DNA of 61,441 nucleotides, the filler included, from Ginglymostoma cirratum (taxonomy: Eukaryota): NCBI GenBank assembly GCA_024137785.1. It is 2 parts of 2 records of this genome, joined end to end, with 100 filler letters (N's around TTAATTAATTAA, not from the genome) between each part and the next. Parts side by side here need not be neighbours in the genome. Positions count along the whole stretch, not along the records: positions 31,531 to 61,441 come from JAHRHZ010000115.1; 1 more part is not named here. The stretch is one strand, 5' to 3'. The notes beneath the pieces were generated by a model. The model worked only from the letters and a program-made list of their open reading frames with translations. It searched no databases and was not told the origin of the DNA. Both the position numbers and the translations under genes were made by a program. The first letter of the stretch is position 1, and the number at the start of each line of letters is the position of its first letter. Shown here piece by piece: positions 38,043 to 50,682 of this stretch.

Positions 38043-38463
38043 GAGCGTGCGCTGGTATCACTGCATCAGCTTTCTTGGCTGCAGTGTTCTGGATCGTTAA
38101 TGGGGGCAAGGGAAAGCTCCCGAACGCGGTTCATGTCTGGTCTGTCACCTCGAAAGTGTTTTTATATTGTTTAAATGGCACACACAAAGAGTGTGGTTGT
38201 GGTAACGCTCTGCAAAATTAGCTCCGTGTCTCTCTTCACAGCCAAAGCGAATGAGTTTCTCCGGCAATTTCTGATTTTTTTATTTATTTGGCTGAATGCC
38301 CATTTCAATTATCGGGATAAAACAACCAGACACACCATGTCCCAAAATATAACCGTTCATAAACCTGTGAAGAGAATGGATTCAAACAAATGCAGCAAAG
38401 ATTCACTGTTCCTCAGCTCTACAGGGAGAGAGATGAGGGAAAGCACATGGGCAGCGATGTTCT

Positions 38464-38544
38464 GCGGTTGTGGCTTAGTGTTTAAGACGATGGGCTCAAA
38501 ATTCATTGGAGCGTTTTGTGCCGGCTTGAATCTAGCCGACTGTG
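38464..38544 (+). pseudogene. tRNA-Ser pseudogene
   Basis: gcggttgtggcttagtgtttaagacgatgggct...ttgaatctagccgactgtg; long variable arm, collinear with tRNA-Ser. Confidence 0.65.
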
Positions 38545-39722
38545 GTAGAAGGCAGGTAGGAAGGGAATGTATTTGCCCTCTTATATTTGAGAGACGTATC
38601 ACAGGAGAGGCAAAAAAACGATTTCACCCAGAACGCAAATGGCGGGAATCTGCAATTTACTGGTGGTTAGGTTGGATCGGGCAGAAACGTATTCCTCTCT
38701 GGTTAGCTGTGGTCAGCTCAGTTTGTAAAGTGACAAGGCAGCGTTTGCAAAATACGGTCGAGCCAGGAAACAGTCTTATCTACACTCCGGTGATATGTTT
38801 GTCAGACATGTTGTCTATTGGGAACACTGTGACTGAAGATAACTGACATTGTGCACATTCCTGGAATAGGTACCTGGGTGGATCAGGAAGATGATATCAT
38901 GGCGCCTTTCTACACAGCCGTGTGCAAACACATTCCTCCTCAATACTTCCTGTCTTACATTCTCTGGCGCTGCTTTCCAGGTAAAGATTGGCCTCACTAT
39001 CTGCCTGTGTTTGTATCAAGCAGCTCAGTGATGTGGGAGCTGGGCGGTCAGAAGGAGCAGGAGGTAAGACAGGAACAGACGCAGAAAGAGATGCGACATG
39101 TAATTATTTATAGTTTGCCTGCGTCGGGGTTTTTAGTGAGGAATGTGTGCTGGGCTCTGTCTATATGACTTCCAGGAGCTGCAATGGTTGAGTCTATTAA
39201 TTTTAGAAATTAAAAGTTTCACATGAGCAGCTTGTAGGACTATTTCACCTCATTGTCAATTTCATGTCTGAGCTCACAACAACGGTTCTGAGTGTCTGCA
39301 GGAATTGCTCGTGTTCCAACTAAAGCTGCCTTTCATCGGAGAAACCTGTGTTTGGGGTCGGAGAGCTGACTTTAAGCACATACAACCAAGGGAGTCCTGA
39401 CGCCTGTGTCACTCTCGGGAATGTCTCTGTGTGTTTCACTCTGTGGGTGAAAATGAGTATCAGTTCCCCATGTGGGGTGTGAACACAATTTGAAAATCTC
39501 AAACTTCTGGTCAATTTATTACGTCTTTTGGAATTATAGAGATAATCTCATTACCATGAGCACTTGAAATGTCAGAATATAGAAGACTATGGGCCAAGTG
39601 CTAGAACCTGGTACGACATTAGATGGACGTTTGTTGAGCTACACAGACACGATGGCTGAAGGATCTTTGTCCACGCTGTAAAATCTCGACGACGGACAGA
39701 AAGTGATCTGAAACCAAAACTA

Positions 39723-39780
39723 TCCCAAATGATACATCACGCTAAACGTCACGACCCATGTTCAGTCCCGAGTGAGGGAA
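39723..39780 (+). pseudogene. Second tRNA-Glu relic (internally deleted)
   Basis: tccc...gttcagtcccgagtgagggaa, at the position equivalent to 33173 within duplicated flanks (32845-33600 vs 39390-40130). Confidence 0.45.
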
Positions 39781-40349
39781 ACAGAGCCGATGGATTCTGG
39801 TAACTCATCGTGATGGAAGCATTTCTGACTGATTTTCAGAAGGCAAAAAAAGAGCTGTGGAGCTGGCAAAAAATCTATTTAGTTCGTAAACTTCATTCAG
39901 CTGGCATAAAACAAAGAACTGCAGTTGCTAGAAATCAGAAAGTAAAAAACAGGAATTGATAGAGAAACTCAGCAGGTCGAGCAGCATCTGTGCAGAGGAA
40001 TAAAGTTAACGTTTCAGGACCAGTGACCGCTCATCTGAACCGGGTTAGTTATGCATTTCTATATTATAATGCTACGGGAAGTTATCAACTAATCCGTAGA
40101 ATCAGCGAATGCTTATCAAGATTTCTCTCTCTTTTGGCTAACAAACGTTACTTGCTCGAGGTCGTAAACTGGAACAAACAACATTTCCGGCTGTGGGCAA
40201 CGCCAGCGGACAGAAGTGGGAGCATTGAATCAAAACAGGCTAGGTCAAATAAGGAAGCATGCTCAGTTGTCTCCTTCGACAGCATCATGTTGGATCAACA
40301 ATGTATCAACTGAGAGAAGTTGAAACAAGGAACCCACAGCGCAAGGCAT

Positions 40350-40407
40350 AAGCACCACTGGAATTCGAACCAAGGATCTCCTGTCCACTCGGCAGGCGCC
40401 ACATAGC
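40350..40407 (-). pseudogene. Second tRNA-Thr pseudogene
   Basis: aagcaccactggaattcgaaccaaggatctcctg...caggcgc is the reverse complement of tRNA-Thr, with the D-arm deleted. Confidence 0.65.
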
Positions 40408-40879
40408 ATTGCACTTCTCCCCCGTTCAAATGTTCATTTTATAGGCACTAGGGTTGTATTTTCTGTTTCAGTGCTGCTCAGTGAGAATTCTGTTTACCCC
40501 TGTTTTTGCAAACATTGGGCATTTCAGTAGCCACTGAGAACGCATAGAAAGAAACAACCTACTCTTGCATTGATTTAAAATTGATATTTTCACCTCCGAA
40601 AAAGACTGGATAAAGAAAATGGTTTCATGTTCTTTGGATGGGAATCAGAAGGCGGCTGAGAGTCATCACAGTAGAATTCTGGTAGCTATCACCACAGTCA
40701 TTACACAGCCAGTAAGAAGGATCCTGATATCAAGGTCTGGTTACACCAAAAACTTTACATTGGTATTTCCACCCTCCCTTCTCCTTGACCAAAAAAGGGG
40801 CTCTGTGAGGAAGAGGACTGCCAAAGTAAAGATGTACATATCAGCAATCTTTAAGAAAATGGGTCAGTGTTAGATTGGA

Positions 40880-43800
40880 AGTACCGAGGCCTTTGCTGGA
40901 GAGATTTTGTCGTGAGGGGGCAGAGCAGAGCTGCGGGGAGGAGCAATGAGGACTCTTTAACTGTCTTTCAATCTTGACAGAAGGCAGTAGGGATTGCAGT
41001 TAGGGCAGTGGCATGCTCCTCTTGCATGATGTAGGTGATCAGGTAGACTTCCAGTGTTCCCGATGGCTACACCAGTGAGAAATTCAGCAGGCTGCAGCTC
41101 CTGACCGACCACATTCGGGAACTGGAGCTGAAGGTGGATGCACTCGGGATAATCCAGGGTGCTGAGAACATCATTCATAAGAGCTGTAGTGAAGTGTTCA
41201 CTCCTAAGATACAGTCTGCAGTTTACAGGTTAACAAGCAGAACAGGTCGGGGGCAATTCATACAGTTCACGTTTCCTCTGTGGCCATTCCCCTCAATGGC
41301 AGGTATACCGCATTGGATACTGCTTGGGGGGACGAGCTTTCAGGACCTAGCAGCAGCAGTCAGGTCAGTGGCACTGTGATCGGCTCTGCGGCACAGAGGG
41401 AAAGGGTGCAATCAGGCAGGACAATACTGACAGGAGGCTCAATTTTGAGCGGGAAAGACGGGATATTCTGTCGTGGCAGAAGAGACAAAAGGGTGGTGAG
41501 TTGTCTCCTGGGTGCCAAGGTCAAGGATATCTCCGAGCGGTCGGCACAACGTTCTAAAGAGGGAGGATGAACAGCAAGAGGTCTTTGTGCACATCTGAAC
41601 AAAAGAAATATGTAGGCAAAGGAACCAGGTCCTGCAAAATGTGGATAGGGAGTTTGGTATTAAGTTGGAAAATGGAACGTCAAGGATAGTGATTTCCAGA
41701 TTACTCCCAGTTTCATGTGCCAGTGAGGATATAACTAGAAATATAGGCCAGATGAACACATGGCTGAGGAGCAGGTAGATGGAGCAAGGTTTTCAGTTCT
41801 TGGATCATTGGAATCTCTCCTGGGGTAGAGGTGGCCTGTACAAGAGGAATGTGTTGCACTTAAACAGGAGATCAAGGAGATTTACTGGTGTTACCCGGTC
41901 AGGTTTAAGCTAGTTCGTCAGCAGGGCGAGACTCAGGATAAGAGAAGGGTCATCGAGAAGTCAGGAGAAAATCAATGATGCATCAGAGCAAGTTTACTAT
42001 TCAGGATAGCCAGGGGCACAGTACAGGGAGGGAAAAGGTGACGGATTTAAATTGCTTTTATTTCAAAGCATGTGTCCTGACATGTAACTCAGATGATCTC
42101 AGAGCATAGATTGTTTCTGAGGAATGGGATATTATAGCTATAACAGAAGCGGGCTAAGGGCAGAACTGGTATCCCAATGTTTCAGGTTACAGAAGCTACA
42201 AGCGTGACAGAAGTGCAAGGAAGCGAAGAGGAGGAGTTGCACTTTTGATGATGGAGGGCATAACAACAGTGCTTAGAGAGATTATTCTTATGGGGTCAAC
42301 AAATGAGACCATATGGTTAGAACGTTGAAACAATAAGCGGATAGCCACTCAGATGGGACTGTTTTATAGACCCCCAAATATCCAGTGGGCGCTAGAGGAG
42401 CAGATGTGTACAGAGATTGCAGATACCCATAAGAATAATAGAGTAGTACTGGTTGGAGATTTTAATATTCCCCTTATTGACTGGGCCACCCAGAATGTAA
42501 AAGGCCCGGACGGGGTAGAATTTGTCAAACATGTCCTAAAATGTTTCCTCAAATCAATATCAAGAGGCCCCTACTGGGCCCGTGTGTTATTGGAACTCCT
42601 CTGAAGAGACGAGGTCGGGCAAATGACTGAAGTGTTAGTTGAAGAGCACTTTTTGTTCAGTGACAATAATTCTCAGTTTTAACTTAGCTCTGGAAAAAGT
42701 TAGGACTCGTCCATAGGTTAAGGTGCTTAAATGGAGCAGGGCCAATTTTGGAGCTATTCTGCAGGATCTAGTCAAGGTCGATTGGGTGAGTGTATTTGAC
42801 TGAAAAGGTACGAATGGCAAATGGGAGGCCTCTTTTAGCGTGATGTCAAGAGTCCAGGGACAGTAAGTCCATTTTAGAGTGAAGGGTAATGCTGGCAGGT
42901 TGAGGAATCCCTGCCTGAGGAGGGATATTGAGGGACTATTCAGAAAAAAGAAGAAGGCATACATCGGGTTAAAGCTCTCTGGTTGATATTTGTCTATATA
43001 AAGTCAAGGAGTATAATTTCGAGGGAAATCAGGAGAGCAAAAAGAGGATATGAGATGGATCTGGCAGGTAAGGTTCAAGATAATTCCTAGGTTTTCTATA
43101 TCTATATTAAGAGTAAAAGGGTGGATAGGGAAAGCAAAAGTTCCCTTGAATATCAGCATGGCCGTCTGTGTGTGGAACGACAGGAGAGGTGGGAGATTTT
43201 TAATGAATATTTCTCCTCGGTTTTGCTGTGTAGAGAGTGGTGGATACGAAGAAAATAACGTAATCACCCGAGGATGCTTTGGACCGCATACACCTTACCA
43301 GAGAGGAGATGTTTGCAGCCTTAAAACAGTGAATAAATGCATTGGTCTGTTCAAGCCCATCATCGTATTTTGTGGGTGGCTAGGAAAAAAATTGCAGAGG
43401 CCCTTGCAGAGATTTTCATTTAATATGTGGACGCTGGTGAAGTTCCAGAAGACTGGAGGGTGGCTAAAGTTGTTCCGTTGTTAGAGAAAGATTACAAAGT
43501 CAAGTCACAGAACTGCAGGCAAGTGAGCCGGACATTAGTTGCAGACAATTTATTGGAGAGGGTACTGAGGGAAAGGATCAAAAAATATTTGGATAGTCAA
43601 GGCCTGATTAGGAATAGTCAGCATGGATTTATGTGTTGTAAGCATGTCTGACAAATGCTTGAGAGTGTGTTTTTTCAACAGGTAACCAAGAGGATGGATG
43701 GGAGTAGAGTAGTGCATGTTGTCTATTTGGACTTTGGAAAGGTCGTGGACAAGGTTCCGCGTGGCAGGGCCGTCATGAAGGTCAGGTCGCATGTGATCGA

Positions 43801-44520
43801 GGGAGAGTCAAATAATTGAATTCAAAGTTGAATTGTTGGGATGAAACAAACGGTGATAGTTGAAGATTGATTCTCCGACCAGAGGACTGTGACTCGTGGT
43901 GTGCTGTCAAAGTCAGTGCTGTGACCTTAGTTATTTATCCTTTACATAAATGGTCTGAATGTGAATGTACAAGGCAATGTTAGTACGGGTTGGTAAGTTT
44001 GCAGATGATGCGAAATTACAAGGTATCATTGAAAGTGTAGAAGGTTATCAAAAGTTACAGAGCGATCCTGATTATTTGGAGTAGTGGGCTGAGACTTGGC
44101 AAATCCAATTCAATACAGATAAGTATGAGGTGTTGCACTTTGGAAAGTCAAACCAAAGTCGTACTTATACAGTAAATGGTAATGTCCTGACAAGTGTTGT
44201 GGAACAGAGGAACCTAGGAATACAAGTACATAGTTAGTTGAAAGTGGCGTCACAGATTGATAGGGCCGTGAAGAAGGCACTCAGCATTCTGGCCTTCAAA
44301 TGTCGGGGCACTGAGTATACGAGTTAGGAAGTTATGTTACAGTTGTATAAGTCGTTGGTGAGGCCGCACTTGAAGTATTTTGTAACGTCCTGGTCACCTT
44401 TTTATTGGAAAGACATGGTTATACTGGAAAGCATCAAAAAAGACTTACGAGGATGGTTCCAGGACCAGTAGGCCTGATTTATAGGGAGAGTTTGGCCATG
44501 ATTGGATCTTATTACTTGAA
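40880..44520 (+). mobile_element. Near full-length degenerate CR1 LINE
   Basis: ORF1 zinc-finger/coiled-coil and esterase-like remnants (VVSCLLGAKVKDISER), APE endonuclease (GLFYRPPN...VGDFNIPLIDW), RT (VPEDWRVAKVVPL...SQHGF; KFADD at ~43995). Confidence 0.85.
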
Positions 44521-46485
44521 ACTAGATACAGCGAAACATATTTTAATGTAGCTGGTGCTTCGAACAATTAATGTACCAGTAAAGTGTGCAGTGAATTCGG
44601 AAATAATCGTGATATTCAAACGTTAGTGAGCATTTCGGCTGTCGTAATGCTTTGAAAGAGTAGTTGTGATTGATCTACAACGATGTGAGTGCCTGTAAAA
44701 CAGTAAACATAAAAATCTGTACAAGCTTCTCCCACATTTAGAAGCACTGCACAATTTCTATTGTCAGTTCATATTTAATGCTTTGCAAACTACCACTGCC
44801 TTCATTGTTTTCACTTCCACTCCTTCGATCCGCCTCAGTATTTGTTTTAAACATTTTGCACTGTTAACAATTCAAGCTGCAATGAACATCTGCAACTCTT
44901 GATCCAAAGGTTTCCAGGCAGTCTCTGTGTGTGCCTAAGTACATTCAGTGAGAAATTCATTTAAATTTGGAGTATTTACATGTGTGGAATTTTCGTAGAT
45001 ATTTAAGTTGATCGTTCATCTCTTGGTGAGGTATAACGTTCACGTTTCGGGGTTAAATGGTAAATGAAGGTAAATGGGAGAAAGCCTGGTTTTGGCAAGT
45101 TCTTATCATGCCTCAAATAATTACCAATGGCTAAGTCTCCAGGTTGACTAATATATAAGGTTTGGCCAAGGAAAATCTTAAATGATGAGGCATTTGAAAC
45201 GTCTACAGTTTTTTTTTTCATCAGGTTTTCATATTACGTATGTATCTCCCAAAATAAATAAACTTTAACTAGTGGAGAAGGCTTCAGCATCTCCAGACCG
45301 GATAGGTTCCAGACTCTGAGTACGACTGTTACTATTGGTGCTGAAATCTGTCTTTCGCCACATCGGTCCCAATTGCCGAACATTTCCAATACGTTTGATC
45401 TCTGCCTTGCCTGACCTCCATTCAACTCTGATTTCCGATTTTGATAGTAGCTATTTAGTGACACCCTTGTATCTGATAGATCTGAATCTCATTCTTTGGA
45501 ATTTGGCAGTTGTGCTATTTCAAATATATCCCAAGATTTGTATTGCATGAGGCTTATGTGTGAAAAAACGTCAGTTCAAATAATCAGCTTTGGCTTTGAC
45601 TCGGTGTTTTTTCTGCCTTCCTGAATGAACGATAACAGTTTCGGCAAATGAATGATGAACGCATTTGGACGTTCAAAATGGTTTCGGTTTTAGTCAGAGT
45701 AGAGTAAGCTTTCGAACTTTATTTACTGCCTTTTATAGGCTTCTGGCGGAACAATAATCCTTATTTTCAAAATTACTTAACTTGAAGCAGTGAACTTCTG
45801 TGCATAAAAGGAAACATCGAAAGCCTCCTTGCACTCTTATCGTTCTGCCTCAGGAGTGTTCCATCAGACATACCGAATGAAAGATGGATTACATTAGTAA
45901 GCCGCAAGGTGCCGCGGCATTAGGCTCAATTACTGGATGAAACATAGACATCAGTGAAAAGCATTTGACTTTGCACAGAGTGGGGTGTGTAAGCGTGGAA
46001 AATGTATCGTAACCGATAGGCAGTGAAGAAAGAATTGAGCAAACTTAAGTTTCGTACAAATTCCTTCAAGATTTATTAACTATTTCAGACATCAGTTTTA
46101 GAAAAGTTTATGTTAAAGTTAACATAAGTGAATATAATGACTGGATGCCACATTGAAATGAGAACACATTTTATCTACAACCGGAACAATAACCGGAGAG
46201 AGAAAATACGGGCTCAGCATAAAGGCTAGACAACTATTCTGAATAGGAACAACAACGAATACAAATGGACTTCAAACAATTGGGAAGTGACAAATTATTG
46301 AAACCATAATTATCTCGACGATATCAAATAAAAGAAAATGGAAAAGGCATCATTTGTTTTCTGAGTTACACACTGATAAACTGAAGTCACCTCAAAGTTA
46401 GAGTCAACAACAGACCCGACTGTAGATTTGGAATTCAGAGGCGTCGATAAATTGATGAGGAAGCTCTGCGGTGTCCAAAATGCAT

Positions 46486-46494
46486 TCACTTGAC
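46486..46494 (-). CDS. IGHM: IgM TM2 exon (VK-stop)
   Basis: ttctag|GTC AAG TGA; candidate AATAAA at 46072-46077. Confidence 0.85.
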   Translation of the reverse strand, partial: VK

Positions 46495-46633
46495 CTAGAA
46501 AGAGCGATAAAGTAAAGATGCTGATGTTTATGATCAGGGACATTCGGGTTTTACTTTTTATTCAACGACACACTTAAAGATCTGACAAACCACATTCGTC
46601 TGTTTGAAGTGTTAATGTTTTGATTGTGCTCAC

Positions 46634-46761
46634 CTTCACCAGAGTGACGGCAGCACTGTCGCAAATACTCAGGAAGAACAGGGTGATGAATTCGGAAGCA
46701 GTCGTCCACATGTTTCCATTACCATCCTCATAGTCTTCAATCCAAGAGTGCTTTATAGAAT
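46634..46761 (-). CDS. IGHM: IgM TM1 exon
   Basis: tttgcag|AT ... AAG|gtgagc; DSIKHSWIEDYEDGNGNMWTTASEFITLFFLSICDSAAVTLVK. Confidence 0.9.
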
Positions 46762-47249
46762 CTGCAAACATAAAGTCAATAGAGTGTATTTAGATTGTTC
46801 ATTGATCACGTCTGATGTATTTGAGTCTATGCAATGTAATCAGGGACCGTCACATCTTCTACAAACCGTCAGGGTGCATTCAAATTTGGCTGTTATCTGC
46901 ATCCATCATTGTGTTAGTGATTCTCAGCAATAACGAACTAGTACTAACTGCAATGTGTTTCCTTCATTATCCGTGTCAAGACATTTTGAATTATTACGTC
47001 ATTTAATCTATTATTGGAGAGTATCATCATCGTTATAATTCAAGGAATACTCAGTGCGAATTATTACATTAATTACATCTCTTTACTTCAAATATAGGCT
47101 GCAACAACTGTTTAGTTGAAAATTATGGCCATCACTGAATAGGAGTTCAAATGTAATTGCTCATTTGTTTCAAGTAATTTTAACCAATTGCTTGGCAAAT
47201 CATGCACATAATTTAGATCCACGGTAAGAATATTGTTTCATGCTTTTGA

Positions 47250-48350
47250 TTGTATGTTCTGTATGCATTAGGGCTTTTTTTGGCCATGTCTGTCTTTATT
47301 TACTTTTGTCTGTTGCATGGAGTGTATGTTTTTCCTATAATGCTTATCTTTATGGTTATGAGTGCCTCTTACTTCGCACATATCCATCTTGAAGTTTGTG
47401 CATGAATAAACATATTCATGTTCCTTTACTGTTCATTTACATGACTGGGCTTGTGCATGTAAATGTTGTTCATTTCAAAATTTGCATGCCACTTCATTAG
47501 TTGATGCTTATGTTTATCTTTTCATGTCTTTTTGAATGCTTTATTTTTGAGTTTGTGCCAACTAAAATATGTTTTTGTGTGTCTATTTCAGATCCTACAT
47601 ACATTAGGATAATTTCATGTTTGTGCGCCAGAAATGTGTTCAGTTAGTATGCAATTTCATGTTTTGATGGATGCTAATATTTGTGTGATGATGCCTGTGC
47701 ATCAATGCACAGAATACCGTCTTCTGATATGCCTAGTTTTGTTATTGCGTGTGGATATATGCTGATGCTTGTGTCATAATCCTTGCTTTGTAAATGTTCC
47801 ACTATTTGTTGATCTGTGTACTTGCGTGTCCGCACGTGTGTGTAAAAGTGACCGTGTATATGTGCTAATCAACGTAGTTTAACAATAAATAATTAAGCTA
47901 CCTCTCTCCTCATATGCCCGAGCTTGTTAAAGTGGGGTAATAATGCGATTAATGTTTATCTCTGTGCTCAAATATCCCTTGTGAGTGTACATGAGGGAGG
48001 ATATTTCGCATGTGTATCTGTTGTTTATGCATGTGTGTCTGTAGGTATTACGGTGAACAAATGTACAAACCTTCGTGTCCATTTGCGTCTTAACGTGTGC
48101 GCATGTATTTCCTCATTATGCAGGACCCCCTGTTCACAATTGTGAGTTTGATTGTTTCTTTCTATCTATGTGCGTATGTGTGAGTGTTTGCGTGAATGCT
48201 CATGTTTTGTATGCATGTGTGTCTCAACGAATATGTATGTGCATTTATATGTGCGCATATATCAGTGTCTTCAGTTGAGAGCCTGCGGATGTGTGTTTGT
48301 TTGGCTGTGTTTGTGAGCGTGTTTACGTATCTGTGTGCTTTTCTGCTCTT
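47250..48350. repeat. Degenerate TG-rich low-complexity tract
   Basis: Strong T/G bias with many tgtgtg and tgcatg runs. Confidence 0.7.
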
Positions 48351-49479
48351 ATAGCAGACATTGAACATTTTTATTATTGATTTAATTTTAACCGATTGCC
48401 AACAATTTGGTCTGACCCGGATGGTGTCGGGCACATTTCTGCTTATTGTGGAAAGATAAGCGTTTTGTCAACGATTTCCGTCTTTGAGACAAAAGGCCTG
48501 AGTTCAAGGTCCCACTGCTCCAGAGAACATTTCTGAAGATGTTGATTAGAAATTATCTACAAGTGTTCTGCACGTGAAACAAACGACTTCAGTCGCTCGA
48601 ATGACAGAAATGATCTCATGTGTTCCACAAAATGGTGGAATACCAACAAGGATATTGCAATAATCGGTTCAGCCTTGGATTGTGGGTAATCAATGTTAGG
48701 AGGTGATTAACGGGGGCAAGCGCATCCAAAATGCTTCAAAGTTATAATTTTGCATGGGAAATTTTAAATTTTCGGAGAGAAAGTTAGACATTAAGAAAGA
48801 GGATAACTGTTCCTGTCTGCAACGAGCTCACATTACAAATGGACTCTGTCGTAAAAACTATGCACGGACAGTAAGAATGCAGCCCATTAATTGCTCCTTC
48901 TCCTGTCTCTGTGTTCTACAATAAGATTGTTTCTTCCGTTTCTCACTCGTGCAGAAGTGAAGATACATTCTGTCAATCAATGCCCTGGTGCGAGGTCCCT
49001 TCCAGTTTCCCAGACACAAAGATTAAATTAAAAGCTACTTTCCACTCTTTGCAATTGGTACCCATAGCTTCTCTTTCCTGTTGGTAATTCGCAATCAAAA
49101 ATAATTTTCGGAGTTTCTTAAGTTTATGTCCCCAATTCGTGCTATGCTGACATGAACTTTAAAGGAATAGGCAACTGGGGCTCAGAAACAGCAAGATCAA
49201 AATGCATGTTCATTTGTCGTAAAACAGAATCTGTTAAATTTAGTCTCAGTGGGATTTAAGATGGATGAGGTATTTTGCAGAATCCTGCAAAGTGTGTGCT
49301 TTACTCTGTGTCTGATGGACCCATAGTGTGCCTGAGCAAGGAGCATTAACTGCACAAGACATGTGCCCGAGACCTGCTAACAAGCGATTTTAGCTCAAAG
49401 GATGAAACATTAGTGAAACTGGGAAACAAAATTAATTAAAATATTGTGTATTTAAATCACAATTTGAGGAAAGAAACAC

Positions 49480-49494
49480 TTTATTACTTTTATT
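49480..49494 (-). terminator. Tandem AATAAA polyadenylation signals of the secretory mu transcript
   Basis: tttatt at 49480-49485 and 49489-49494, about 30 nt past the stop codon. Confidence 0.7.
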
Positions 49495-49521
49495 GAATTC
49501 TTAAATGAAACCTTGAGATTT

Positions 49522-49913
49522 TCATTGGCATGAGTTAACGGTGTCCATCAGTGCAAGTGAAATATTCACAAAACTCGGTTTACCGCTGGATTTATCAACT
49601 GTTCTGTTGATGATCTTCAATGGAACCGCTTCATGTCCCACCACACAGGAGTAAGAAGCGCCGCTGGCCCATTCTTCCGCAGCAATGGATAACAGGCTGT
49701 ACATGAAGAAGGAGGTGTTGTCATTCTCTGCCATCACTTCGGTGTTCTTGTAGTTACTGGGATTCAACGGCTTGTCATTGGTTGTCCATTTGACGAAGAT
49801 CTCTCTGGGGGAGAATCCTCTGACTAAACAGGTGAGGGCGACAAACCTCTGAGCGGAGATTTCTTCTGTCGGTGGCAGGAGGACAGACACTGACGGCTCC
49901 AGTGGATTTATCA
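49522..49913 (-). CDS. IGHM: IgM CH4 plus secretory tailpiece
   Basis: C1-set domain ([17 protein letters not shown]...YSCVVGHEA); tail [20 protein letters not shown] with NxS and penultimate Cys; internal donor G|GTAAA after 49584 for TM splicing. Confidence 0.97.
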
Positions 49914-50376
49914 CTGCAGAATATTTGAAACAAATATCAATGAATTTTTAAAATGCAGAATCAACATTAGTATTTTTCTAAATATTAAAACATACCATTT
50001 TTAATTTGGGATTGATTCACTTTCAATTTCTCAAGAAACAAAATAGGATCGATTCCAATCAGTAAAAACTAACGAGTTTGGTTTGAAAGTCGCCTCCATG
50101 TTTTCAGCCCTGATGTACAATATTCTGTCCGTTTTTCATTCCTGATGTTTTCATCACAAACCTCCAGGATTCTTCCCACCTTGTTTGATTTAATCATAAT
50201 CACAATAGAATATCCTTTAATTTGTCTTTGTATTTAATAGAAACTTCGCTTTCCAGTCGTCAAATGCACCATTAACGCAGCCAACGGTGTTAGTTCATTA
50301 CAATCAACGCATGTTATTGATATAATTGGCTCTAAACTACACATAGATTAATTTGTGCTTTCGTGCCATCCCTCAC

Positions 50377-50682
50377 CTTGCACCTTGTGGATGGAAGCTC
50401 TCAAAGGAGTTGGTAGATACTGATGGTTCACCACGCAGTAGAAATTATCCCCACTCAGCCAGGCTTCAGTAGAAATGTGTAATTTGCTGATCACGCTGTC
50501 GGGATCGTCTCCTGCTTGGTCAGTAATCTCTGATTTCAAAGGCTTCTTTCCTCGTGTCCAGGTGACGTTGACTCCAAAAGGAAGATTGTCCACAACGCAG
50601 GTTAACGTCACCGTCGCTTCCAGTAAGACCTGTTCTAGTGGCGGTGGTAGTATTTTAATTGTGTGATCACGGCACTCTGCAA
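50377..50682 (-). CDS. IGHM: IgM CH3
   Basis: Phase-1 exon of 306 nt: [23 protein letters not shown]...[26 protein letters not shown]. Confidence 0.95.

Noticed and set aside
38107-38132. Reverse-strand resemblance to the U1 snRNA 3' end
   Set aside because: Only about 25 nt, with mismatches.
38175-38846. 223-aa ORF
   Set aside because: No recognisable domain, and it overlaps a tRNA-Ser relic; likely chance.
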